64,000 nt of DNA, from contig OZ024740.1 of NCBI GenBank assembly GCA_964016885.1, forward strand, positions 59,210,001-59,274,000, in the 5' to 3' direction. A program made the position numbers and the translations under genes. How positions within the stretch are numbered: position 1 is the first letter of the stretch; every line of letters starts with the position of its first letter. The notes under the pieces are model-generated. The model was not told where the DNA came from. It saw only the letters and a program-made list of their open reading frames with translations, and ran no database searches. Positions 36,992-50,495 of this stretch are shown here, piece by piece. This DNA comes from Eledone cirrhosa. Lineage: Eukaryota.

Positions 36992-37206
36992 GATATATAA
37001 TATATATATATATGATATATAATATATATAATATATATATATATATATGATATATCATTTATATATATATGATATATAATATATATTTATATATATTATA
37101 TACTTATATATATGATATATCATATATATATATATATGATATATAATATATATTTATATATATTATATATTTATATATATATTTATATATATATATATAT
37201 ATATAT

Positions 37207-40200
37207 AACTGTTCAAAGGAAGAACAGAAAGCACCGAGACACTGGGAGCAAAAAAACCCAAGTAATGTGCAAGTTTTTCAAGAACGGGACATGCTGGCAT
37301 GGAGAGACAGGGATGGGATGCAGATTCGCCCACCCTAGGTCTCAAACGAACTATGCCCATCATACTCGCGCAACATGCCCCAGCCAAAGCCGAAATAAGC
37401 CGCTCCAGAAGTATGCTGATGTCGTGCATGCCGCACCAACAAGGAGAAGGCACACACATGCTGACGAGATACAGATGGCAGCAGCAGATCAGAAAAATTT
37501 TTTAGTGATGGCAGAGAAGATTGTGGGACAGCTGACCTGGCTGCATCGTCTCCAGAGCCAGGGTCATCCACACCAGCACTCGAGACCACCACAGTTAGGG
37601 GACCCAGAGTGGCCGCCGCTGACACCAGACCAGGTGTCATACCGACAGCCATTACTGGCACCCCAAAAGTCACACCAGTTCTGCTGCTGAATGTCAGGGG
37701 CCTGGTGAAACTCAGTAACATGAGTAAAATTTCCTACCTGGGAGACTTAGCCATAAGCAATCAAGCACTATGCATGGCACTAACCGAAACGCACCTGACA
37801 AGCAGTATAGCAGATGCAGAAATACATATACCGAAATATACTGTATTTCGTTCGGACAGGAAGGAGAGAACTCATGGTGGGTTGCTCTGTATATCCGTGA
37901 AGATGTCACACCAATTGTACTGTTGACACATTCAAACTCAGTCTGTGACACACTGATAATACATATGAAGCAACTACAGACAGTAATAAGTGTCACATAT
38001 CGGCCGCCCGATGCCCCCAGTCATGAGGGTAAATTTGAGGATAGCCTAAGTAGGATAGAAGAGGTCCTTGACAAACTGGACCAGGGTGTCAACATCCTAC
38101 TGCTGGGAGACTTCAACCTACCAAAGGTCAAATGGCCTGAGGGCCACCTCCTCCCTGGAATGACGTCAATAGAACAGAGACAGATGGAATCCCTGCTGGC
38201 CCTCACACACAGGCTGTTCATGGAGCAAGCAATACTCCTCCCAACAAGAGGCGAAAATGTCCTGGACCTCTGTTTTACAAACAACGAAGTGCTCATCCAC
38301 AATGTAAAGGTGACACCAACAATTCTCTCGGATCATAACTTAGTAGAGCTAATGATATGTGGTCCAAGAGGACCAACAGAGACAAAACCACCAAGAAGCT
38401 CCGGGACGCTATCCAGCCTTAACTTCTACAAGGCTAACTGGAAAAAGATTAAGAGTGAAATCCGGAAGCAAACATGGAGTGAAAACACCGCCACACAAGA
38501 CACTAACACACAATTTCAACACTTCATGACAACGATACACACTATATGCAAAAAGTTTGTCCCGGAGAAAGAGGCAAACAGACACAAAAATCTTATTCCC
38601 AGAGATAGGAAAATCCTTATGAGACGTAGAACTAAACTCTCAAACCAGTTGAATAGTCAACAAAACAAAAACAAGGAATCCTATTTGAAACGTGCACTAC
38701 TTGACACCGAGATTGCACTCGAACTTTCACATGAGAATGAGAGGGCAAAGAAAGAGAACAGGGCCATAGAAAACATTAAAACAAACCCTAAGGCCTTCTT
38801 TAAATTTGCAAAAGAAACTGCCTCAGTACACTGCAAGATTGGGCCACTCTTCCACACGGACGGTTCATTAACCGAAAACCCCCAAGAAATATGTGAAATA
38901 CTGAACGAACAGTACAAAAGTGTCTTCACATGTCCACTGAGGCACATGCAAATAACGAAGCCAGAGGAGTTCTTTGATGCCACAACACTACATCAATAAA
39001 TGGCAACCATCAACCACATAGACATAACGGAGGAGGATGTGGTGTACGCCATTGATGAAATTAGAACAGACTCGGCTGCTGGACCTGATGGATTCCCAGC
39101 AGTTCTCTTAAAAATATGTAAGCGGGCCTTAGCAACTCCACTGAAGATGCTCTTCAGAAGCTCCTTGGCTAGCGGTGTACTACCCAGGGAGCTGAAAGAA
39201 GGCACAATATGCCCTATCCATAAAGGAGGTAGTAGAGCGGAGGCCAAGAACTATAGGCCAGTCTCCCTGACGTCGCATATCAGTAAGGGCATGGAGCGAG
39301 TTGTCAGAAAGAAACTAATCACTTTCCTCGAAGAAAATGACCGCCTGACTAGCACGCAACATGGCTTCCGCCCAGGAAGAAGCTGCCTTACACAGCTGCT
39401 ACATCACTACGACTGGGTACTGAGACAACTACTAGACAGCTCACATGTGGACGTGATATATCTTGACTTTGCGAAGGCCTTTGACAAGGTCGACCACGGA
39501 ATGATATGTCACAAACTACACGGACTCGGCATAGCTGGAAAAGTAGGTGAGTGGCTGCATGGCTTCCTAAGGGACAGAAGCCAGGCAGTCACAGCAAATG
39601 GGCCCTCTCGAGGGAAACACTGATAACGAGTGGGGTACCCCAGGGGACAGTCCTGGGACCACTACTGATTTTGGTGGCTCTCTCGGACATGCCCTCTGTG
39701 GTGCATGCAACAACATCCCTCACTAGCTATGCTGATGACACTAAGGTAGCACAGGCAATCAAAAACCCGGCTGACGCTGCCCTTTTACAGCAGGATCTGG
39801 ATGCCATATACAGATGGGCGGAAGAAAACAACATGCAGTTTAATGCTGGCAAATTCCAAGCCCTACAATACAAACCTGCAAACACAAATATAGTGGAATA
39901 CAGCTACACAGGACCAGGAGGGACCGATATCCCCGTGTCAAAATCGATACGAGACCTGGGCATAGACATGAGCGATGATGCATCTTTTTCTTCACACATC
40001 ATGAAAGTGGCGACAACGTGCAGACGACTCACTGGCTGGACTTGAGGACTTTCCGGACAAGAGATCGAGACACCATGTTGACACTGTGGAGGACTTTTGT
40101 CCTAAGCCGCCTGGACTACTGCTCCCAGTTGTGGTCACCCCATAGTGTCAAACTAACCACGGAGCTTGAGGCACTCCAGCGAAGCTACACCAAGAGGATT

Positions 40201-40712
40201 GCCAAGATGAGGGAGACAAGCTACTGGGAGAGGCTAAAGGAACTGAACCTCTACTCCTTGGAGCGAAGACGGGAGAGATACGCAGTGATCTACATGTGGA
40301 AAATTCTGGAGGGACTAGCACCAAACTTTGGCATTGGGAGCTGGACCAACTGTCGAACAGAACGTCACTGTGTGGTGCCAAAGGTCCCGTCTTCCACATC
40401 TAGAATAAGGAGCAGGTATTGCAATAGCCTGGGATTCAAGGGCCCTCAACTCTTTAACAGGCTGCCGAGGTATTGAGAGACTTGCATGACGTGGAGGTGG
40501 ATGTCTTTAAGAAACATCTCGACACCTTGTTATCCAGGATCTCGGATGAGCCCACAGCAAGACACGAGGGAAACCTGAGGGCAGCAGCAACAAACTCCCT
40601 CTTACACCAGTGGCCAACCTATACAGGCTGGAGATAAAATGTGTAGCAACAAGGGCGGTGCCCCAGCATGGCCTCAGCCGGATGGCTGAAACAGGTAAAA
40701 GAGTAAAAGAGT
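37207..40712 (+). mobile_element. CR1-group LINE, 5'-truncated and frameshifted: ORF1 3' part (CCCH finger) + ORF2 (APE-RT)
   Basis: CKFFKNGTCWHGETGMGCRFAH; LNVRGL, LTETHL, YRPP, GDFNLP, SDHNLV; NYRPVSLTS, QHGFRPGRSC, YLDFAKAFDKV, GVPQGTVLGP, YADD, LYSLERRRER; 3' hairpin TCAGCC-GGAT-GGCTGA and GTAAAAGA tail repeats. Confidence 0.85.
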
Positions 40713-40985
40713 ATATGTATATAATATATATATATATATCATATATAATATATATATATGATATATAATATATATATATATATGATATATATAATATGTA
40801 TATATGATATATAATATATATATATATGATATATAATATATATATATATGATATATAATATATATATATATATAATATATAATATATATATATGTGATAT
40901 ATAATATATATATATATATGATATATAATATATACAATATATATATATGATATATAATATATATAATATATATATATGACATTTA

Positions 40986-41016
<31 letters not shown>

Positions 41017-41020
41017 CTAT

Positions 41021-41053
<33 letters not shown>

Positions 41054-41054
<1 letters not shown>

Positions 41055-41315
41055 ATGAAGGAAATGTGGTAAGGAACCAGGTGGACCATAACGCACCAAA
41101 GTACTCAATACTTAGGGCAGTAGAGTGGGTAATAGGAACAAGTAAGACCCCGACGGCTGAGCTCAAGCCGTTTCGACGGCTAATTCTGGACTAAATGAAA
41201 ATTTTTATCCTGGTATATGAATAGTCGAGCTTCTCAGGGGGTAATTCCAGAATTAGTCCAGAATTAGCCGTCGAAACGGCTTGAGCTCAGCCGTCGGGGT
41301 CTTACTTGTTCCTAT
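41054..41315 (-). mobile_element. Short inverted-arm relic (PLE-like terminus)
   Basis: 41132-41194 is the reverse complement of 41253-41315; about 80-bp one-sided extension; same family as 41558-42131. Confidence 0.55.
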
Positions 41316-41557
41316 ATATATATATATATTATATATATATATAATATGTATATATATATTATATATATATATAATATGTATATATATATATATAATATAT
41401 AATATAAATATATATATATAATATATATATAATATATTATGTAATATATATATATATATATATAATATATATGATATATATATATATGATATATAATATA
41501 TGATGTAATATATATATATATATATATAATATATATGATATATATATATGATATACA

Positions 41558-42131
41558 ATAACGATGGAAATGTGGTAAGGAACCAGGTGGACCATAACAC
41601 ACCAAAGTACTCAACACTTAGGGCAGTAGAGTGGGTAATAGGAACAAGTAAGACCCCGACGGCACAGCTCAAGCCGTTTCGACGGCTAATTCTGAACTAA
41701 ATGAAAATTTTTATCCTGGTATATGAATAGTCGAGCTTCTCAGGGGGTAATTCCATATATGGTAAAAGTGATTGTCACAAGGATTGGTCAAAAGTTTGTT
41801 GTTGAGACATAATAATTCTATCATGGCAATTTGTGGAGGGAAGGGGTAGCTGAACATGCCAGTAGAGCAAAGAGGGAGAGGGGGTGGAGGAGACCCAGTC
41901 GTGCATTGATGGTGCCAACTACAGCTGGGCAGGAGGTCAAATAATTTACTAGGCAGGAGGAGGGGGAGAAAGTCGAAACAATAAGTAAAACAATATGGAG
42001 TAAATATATAGTAAAATACCGAGAGTGTTAAAAAACAATTAAATGTAAAAAAAACAATTTCTGGTTACTATAACCTAAGGACAGCTATCAAGTCTCTCAC
42101 TGGTACTGCTAGACTAAAGAAAGGTTAACCT
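41558..42131 (-). mobile_element. Longer copy of the 41054 family (putative PLE 3' end)
   Basis: 41560-41755 is nearly identical to 41055-41248. Confidence 0.5.
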
Positions 42132-42479
42132 TATATAATATATAATATAAATATATATATAATATATATATATAATATATAATATATATATAATATATAT
42201 ATAATATATAATATATAATATATATATATAATATATAATATATAATATATATATATATATAATATATAAATATATATAATATATAAATATATATAATATA
42301 TAATATATATATAATATATAATATATAATATATATATAATATATAATATATATATAATATATATATATATATAATATATAATATATAATATATATATAAT
42401 ATATAATATATATATAATATATAATATATATATAATATATAATATATATATAATATATAATATATATATAATATATATA

Positions 42480-43197
42480 TTACAATTTAAAAAAATATGA
42501 TCAACACTAATGTGTTTTTTTTTGCAAATTGACAATAATTTTTTAGCCAGATAGAAATACCTTAATTCAAGTACATATAGTCCGCCTGTATCGATCTAGA
42601 AAATATTAAATATTAAATCTATACTTACAGACGTAAAATGGCAACTGCCTGGTGCCTAGACAAGTTTAAATTTCAAAATTCAAACCTTTTCAGCAGATCG
42701 GGCGGAACTTCAAAACATAAACCTGTTTCACAAGGGATGGTATATTAATGAAATAATTAATTATTAATTACGGAACAACTATTTATAAAATAATTATTAG
42801 TGAAGTAATCAATTTTCTGTGATCTTCGGTAGGCACCCAGAAATTAAAGTCACTTCTCCTAAGATAATAATCTTAAGACTGATCTGTCGCAAGCCTTGTG
42901 AAACAGGTTTATGTTTTGAAGTTCCGCCCGATCTGCTGAAAAGGTTTGAATTTTGAAATTTAAACTTGTCTAGGCACCAGGCAGTTGCCATTTTACGTCT
43001 GTAAGTATAGATTTAATATTTAATATTTTCTAGATCGATACAGGCGGACTATATGTACTTGAATTAAGGTATTTCTATCTGGCTAAAAAATTATTGTCAT
43101 TTTGCAAAAAAAAACACATTAGTGTTGATCATATTTTTTTAAATTGTAATGTAATGCTCAGAAGTATTTTCTTAGAGCTTAATATTTGTAATTGACT
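42480..43197. repeat. ~255-bp inverted repeat with ~160-bp spacer and ~48-bp one-sided extension
   Basis: 42480-42735 is the near-perfect reverse complement of 42894-43149. Confidence 0.88.
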
Positions 43198-43228
43198 ATA
43201 ATATATATTAATATATAATATATATATA

Positions 43229-43284
<56 letters not shown>

Positions 43285-43502
43285 ATATATATATATAATA
43301 TATATATATAATATATATATATAATATATATATATAATATATATATATAATATATATATATAATATATATATAATATATATATAATATATATATATAATA
43401 TATATATATAATATATATATATAATATATATATAATATATATATAGATCTGGATATATATATATAATATATATATATATATATTATATATATATATATGG
43501 AT

Positions 43503-43556
<54 letters not shown>

Positions 43557-43590
43557 AATATATATATATAATATATATATAATATATATA

Positions 43591-45769
43591 AAGATCTGGA
43601 AGCTGAAAGTCCCCTCAACCAGTAACAGATTTAAAGATATTTTACTCAACGCCTACGACAGTAAAGAAGAACAGATAGAGACATTTAACGTAGAAGAGAA
43701 CTGGGAGTTCCTAAAAAATAACTTACTAGAGGCGACGGATGAGGTTTGTGGCTGGAGTAAGACCTCAAGCAGGAGGAGAGTGACTTGGTGGTGGAACAAT
43801 AAGGTAGATGAAGCAGTCAAGGCCAAGAGACAGGCATGGAAAGAATGGAAGAACGGGGGGAGCAGGGTACATTACATAGAGACCAAGAGGGAAGCTAGGC
43901 GACAAGTATACTTAGCTAGGAGGGAAGCAGAGGATAGAACATTCAAGCATGTTTTACAACGTGAGGACCAGAAACAGGAGGTATTCAAGATTGCGAGGCA
44001 GTGTGTCAGAGATAGTTGTGATGTCATTGGAGAGAAGTGTATCCGGAATGATAAAGGTGAGCTTGCCCTCACAAGTGCTGAGAAGAAAGATGCATGGAAG
44101 AGTCATTATGATAGATTACTAAATGAGGAGAATGCATGGGAAGAAGAGACCCTACCTCACGTAGACCCTATAGAGGGACCAGCAGTACAAGTCAGCGGCA
44201 GCGTAGTAAGTAAGACAATCAGAGATATGAAGATAGGGAAGGCAACCGGTCCATCGGGTATAGCTGCCGAGATGCTGAAGGCATCTGGGTCTGTAGGTCA
44301 CACTATAACCACACGTATCGTTAACCAGGTAATACTAGAGGGGGCCATACCAAAAGATTGGTGCAGTAGCATCATTGTCAACTGCTACAAAGGTAAAGGC
44401 GATGCACTAGATAGAGGAAACTATAGAGGTATAAAGTTGATGGACCAGGTCATGAAAGTAACAGAAAGAGTTATAGCACAGCTGATTAGGGACCGGGTGA
44501 ATATAGACGAGATGCAATTTGGGTTTGTACCAGGGAAAGGCACCACTGATGCCCTCTTCCTTGTGAGGCAATTACAGGAAAAGTACCTAGCTAAAAGAAA
44601 GCCAATCTACTTGGCATTTGTCGACCTTGAGAAAGCCTTTGACAGAGTTCCACGTGCAGTAATCTGGTGGGCTCTTAGAAAACTAGGAGTAGATGAATGG
44701 CTTGTGAAAGCGGTACAAGCCATGTATAGGGGAGCAGTCAGCAAAGTTAGGATTGGCAATGAGTATAGCGAGGAATTTAGCGTACAGGTTGGGGTCCACC
44801 AGGGCTCTGTTCTTAGCCCTCTCCTGTTCATCATAGTCCTGCAGGCAATAACGGAGGAGTTTAAGACCGGATGCCCATGGGAACTCCTGTATGCTGATGA
44901 CCTCGCACTCATAGCTGAATCTATGGTAGAACTAGAGAATAAATTCCAAACCTGGAAGCAGGGACTAGAGAGAAAGGGCCTCAAAGTCAACATGACAAAG
45001 ACTAAGGTCCTTATAAGTAGACGAGAAAACAGAACCCAGATCCCCTCAGGGAAATGGCCTTGCTCAGTATGTAGGAAAGGTGTAGGTAGGAACTCCATTC
45101 TCTGCCCCAAATGCAAACAATGGGTACACAAGAGATGTGGCGGGATCTCAGGAAGCTTAATTAAGAATGTAGGATTCACATGCAGCAGCTGTGCTGAAAC
45201 AGCAAGCAAACAGCCACAGGAAACAAGTACCACCAATCTCTGGGAGGGCCCTGTAGAAACAGTAGACAGCTTCTGCTACCTAGGTGACCGAATTAGCAAC
45301 GGAGGTGGGTGCTCAGAAAGTACAATAACTAGGGTAAGAACGGGATGGAAGAAGTTTAGGGAACTACTACCACTGCTAGCTGCAAAAGGCTTCTCCCTCA
45401 GAATGAAAGGCAGACTGTATGATGCGTGTATCCGAACAGCGATGTTGCATGGTAGTGAGACCTGGGCGCTGAAGGTGGAAGACTTACGTAGATTAGAGAG
45501 AAACGAAGCCTGCATGCTCCGATGGATGTGTAACAGTAATATACCTGAACGACAGCTGTATAACAAAGTGCAGGGCAATAAAGATTGACGGTAGCTACGG
45601 AGTAGGTAGACCCAAAAAAACCTGGGACGAGCTGATAAATTCCGACCTCGCACACTTACACCTCTCCAACACAATGTCACTGGAACAAGACCTTTGGCGG
45701 TACTCAGTAATAGAGAGGACCCGCCTAACCTAAATACAAAGTAAAACCTACTACAGTCAGTAGGCATCT
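43591..45769 (+). mobile_element. RTE family B body (ORF 43780-45588) joined at about 45553 to a family C C-terminal segment
   Basis: Near-identical to full-length B up to CNSNI; then CAGCTGTATAACAAAGTGCAGGGCAATAAAG, which is family C sequence. Confidence 0.88.
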
Positions 45770-46588
45770 TATATATATATAATATAATATATATATATAT
45801 AATATAATATATATATATGATATAATATAATGTAATATATATATATAATATAATATAATATAATATAATATATATAATATAATATAATATAATATATATA
45901 ATATAATATAATATATATAATATAATATAATATATATATATAATATATATATATAATATAATATATATATATATAATATAATATATATATATAATATAAT
46001 ATATATAATATAATATATATATAAAATATAATATATATATATAATATAATATATATATATAATATAATATAATATATATATAATATAATATATATATATA
46101 ATATATATATATAATATAATACATATATATAATATATATATATAATATAATATATATATATAATATAATATAATATATATATATAATATATATATATAAT
46201 ATAATATATATATGTAATATAATATATATATATATAATATATATATATATAATATATATATATATATAATATATATATATAATATAATATAATATATATA
46301 TATAATATAATATATATGTGTAATATAATATATATATATATAATATATATATATATAATATATATATATAATATAATATAATATAATATAATATATATAT
46401 GTAATATAATATATATATATATAATATAATATATATATATATAATATAATATATATATAATATAATATAATATATATAATATATATATATATAATATATA
46501 TATATATAATATATATATATAATATAATATATATATATATAATATATATATATAATATAATATAATATATATATGTAATATAATATAT

Positions 46589-46897
46589 ATGCTGAAGCAT
46601 ATAAACAATATGCCCCCACTCCCCCCACCGCAAGGTGGTCGTGGAGGTGCCACGGCAAAAAAGCACCCAGCCCACACTGTAAAGTGGACGTGTAGGCGCC
46701 ACGAAAAAGCACCCAGCACTCACTGTAAATGAGGTTGGTGTTAGGAAGGGCATCCAGCTGTAGAAATCAAGCCAGATCAGTTCCTGTATGAGCAAGGCAT
46801 GGTCAGCCGACCAGACACTGCCCACAACAGGACAACCCGTCTAATCCATGCTAGCGTGGAAGAACGGACGTAAAACGGTGATGATGATGATGATGAT
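46589..46897 (+). mobile_element. RTE family B 3'UTR and tail
   Basis: Starts at the B stop codon (ATGCTGAAGC) and ends in (GAT)n. Confidence 0.9.
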
Positions 46898-47001
46898 ATA
46901 TATAATATAATATATATATATATAATATATATATAATATATATATATATAATATAATATATATATATATATAATATATATAATATATATATATAATTTAA
47001 T

Positions 47002-48231
47002 AAAGTTCTAGTTTGTAGGAAAGAAAATAAGGCGGCGGTCCCTTCTGGGAAATGGTCGTGCTCGGTGTGTAGGAAAGGCGTAGGTAGAAACTCCATTTTA
47101 TGTCCTAAATGCAAAGTATGGGTGCATAAAAGATGTAGTGGGATCACAGGTAAGCTAACTAAGAACATAGATTTTACATGTGGCCGGTGCTCTGGTGCAA
47201 TAAGTAGCAGCAAGTGCCCACAAAATACTAGCTCTTTCAATTGCGCAGTGGGTTCTATAGAGATAGTGGACAGCTTCCGTTACCTGGGCGATAAAATCAG
47301 CAGTGGGGGAGGGTGCTCTGAAAGTACAGTAGCTAGAGTCAGAACTGGTTGGAAAAAGTTCAGAGAGCTTATACCACTATTAGCTGCTAAAGGGTTCTCC
47401 CTAAAAATGAAAGGCAGGTTGTACGATGCCTGCATACGAACAGCAATGTTGCATGGCATTGAGACCTGGGCATTGTGTGCAGAGTATGTACGCAGACTAG
47501 AGAGAAACGAAGCTTGCATGCTCCGCTGGATGTGTAACAGTAATATACGTGAACGGCAAAGCATAAACGAACTAAGGAAAAAATTAGAAATAAGAGGGAT
47601 CAGATGTTGTTTACTCGAGAGAAGGCTACGTTGGTATGGACACGTGATGCGCATGAAAGTCGATAGCTGTATAACAAAGTGCAGGGCAATAAAGATAGAC
47701 GGTAGCCACGGAATAGGCAGACCTAGAAAAACCTGGGACGAGCTGATAAACTCCGACCTCACACACTTACACCTCACCAAGACAATGTCACTGGACCGAG
47801 ACCTTTGGCGGTCCTCAGTAACAGAGAAGACCAGCCTTACATAAATACATAGTAAAACTTACTACAGCCAGTAGGCATCTCTAACAAAATACACCCCGTC
47901 CCACCACCCCCACACCACCCCGTTCTATGTAAAGTTATGTTGGTGCCGCGCCATCCAGGCCGAAACAAATGAGATCGTGTAGGTGTCACGACAAAAAAAC
48001 ACACAGTCCACGCTGTAATGTGGCCGTGTAGGCAACACGGTAAAAACCTCCCAGATCCACACTGTAAATGTGGTTGGTGTTAGGAAGGGCATCCAACTGT
48101 AGAAAACCTGCCAGATAGTCCTATGCGAGTAAGACAATCACTCTTGCCTCAAGTGGGACTACCACCGTCCAAACCCATGCAAGCGTGGAACACGGACGTT
48201 AAACGTTGATGATGATGATGATGTTGATGAT
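47002..48231 (+). mobile_element. RTE family C, 5'-truncated copy
   Basis: ORF 47065-47844 with PHD finger; C 3'UTR and tail. Confidence 0.92.
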
Positions 48232-48256
48232 ATATATATATAATATATAATATATA

Positions 48257-48403
48257 TTTCGTTTCTGAATTTGTTTAGCAAGATTCTTTATCTGAAATCG
48301 TGTGTTGAAACCGATATTGTTATACTTTGGGAGGGGTCATGTTGCCAATAACTGGTGCGTGTGTTTCTTATTGCAACATGACCCTCCCAAAGTATAACAA
48401 TAT
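48257..48403 (-). mobile_element. Tiny fold-back relic of the 9708-14727 PLE terminus
   Basis: Reverse complement of 14637-14727, followed by an inverted copy ending CCCAAAGTATAACAATAT. Confidence 0.85.
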
Positions 48404-49040
48404 AATATATAATTTAATATATATATATATAATTTAATATATATATAATTTAATATATATATAATATATAATTTAATATATATATATATAATTTAATATA
48501 TATATAATATATATATATAATATATAATATATATATAATATATATAATATATAATATATTATATAATTTAATATATATATATAATATATATATGTAATAT
48601 ATAATATATATATATAATTAAATATATATATATAATATATATATATATAATTTAATATATATATAATATATATATATATATAATTTAATATATATATATA
48701 ATATATATATATAATTTAATATATATATAATATATATATATAATATATATATATAATATATATAATATATAATATATATATATTATATATAATATATATA
48801 TATAATATATAATATATATATATAAATTAATATATATATAATATATATATATAATATATATATATAATTTAATATATTTATATAATATATATAATATATA
48901 ATATATATATATAATATAATATATATATATAATATATATATATAATATATATATATATATATAATATACATATATAATATATATATATATAATATATATA
49001 ATACATAATATATATATATAATTTAATATATATATATAAT

Positions 49041-49074
<34 letters not shown>

Positions 49075-49956
49075 ATATATATATATAATATATATATATA
49101 ATATATATATATATATATAAATATATATATAATATATATATATATAATATATATATATATATATAAATATATATATAATATATATATATATAATATATAT
49201 ACAAAAGTTTTATTTAAGATTGTTGGGGTTACAACGAGTAAATATTTTATAACTGATATAAAAGCACTCAACAGTTTCTGGAGTATGTTTACGATATTAA
49301 ACAAATGGAAACTATATTTATAAAACCATATTTATTTCGTTATATATATTTCTGGGATATCATATTAAAAATATGGTATGCCTCCTCAGACAAAATACAA
49401 TACATAAGCTGTTTTATAAATAATTAGTGACATATATATATATATAATATATAATATATATATATAATATATAATATATATATATAATATATAATATATA
49501 TATATATATATAATATATAATATATATATATATAATATATAATATATATATATAATATATTATATATATATATAAATATATAATATATATATATATAATA
49601 TATAATATATATATATATAATATATAATATATATATATATAATATATAATATATATATATGTAATATATAATATATATATATAATATATATATATATATA
49701 TAATATATAATATATATATATAATACATATATATCTATATAATATATATATATAATATATATATATTATATATATATATATAATATATATATATATATAT
49801 AATATATATATATATATAATATATATATATATAATATATATATATATATAATATATATATATATATTATATATATATAATATATATAAATATATATATAT
49901 AATATATATATATATAATATATATATATATAATATATATATATAATATATATAAAT

Positions 49957-50001
<45 letters not shown>

Positions 50002-50286
50002 TAATATATATAGAATATATATAATATATATATATATATATAATATATATAATATATATAGAATATATATAATATATATATATATAATATATATAGAATA
50101 TATATAATATATATAGAATATATATAATATATATAGAATATATATAATATATATAGAATATATATATATATATATATAATATATATATATATATAATATA
50201 TATATATATAATATATATATATAATATATATATAAATATATATATAATATATATATATAATATATAATATATATAATATATATATG

Positions 50287-50325
<39 letters not shown>

Positions 50326-50329
<4 letters not shown>

Positions 50330-50495
50330 TGTAAATGTGGTTAGTGTTAGGAAGGGCATCCAACTGTAGAAAACCTGCCAGACAGTCCTATGCGAGCAAG
50401 AAAATCACTCTTGCCTCAAGTGGGACTACCCCCGTCCAAACCCATGCAAGCGTGGAACACGGACGTTAAACGTTGATGATGATGATGATGATGAT
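50326..50495 (+). mobile_element. RTE family C 3'-terminal mini-copy
   Basis: ACACTGTAAATGTGG...(GAT)n. Confidence 0.9.

Noticed and set aside
49200-49432. AT-rich non-repetitive island as a possible exon
   Set aside because: No credible ORF, splice pattern or similarity to anything else in the window
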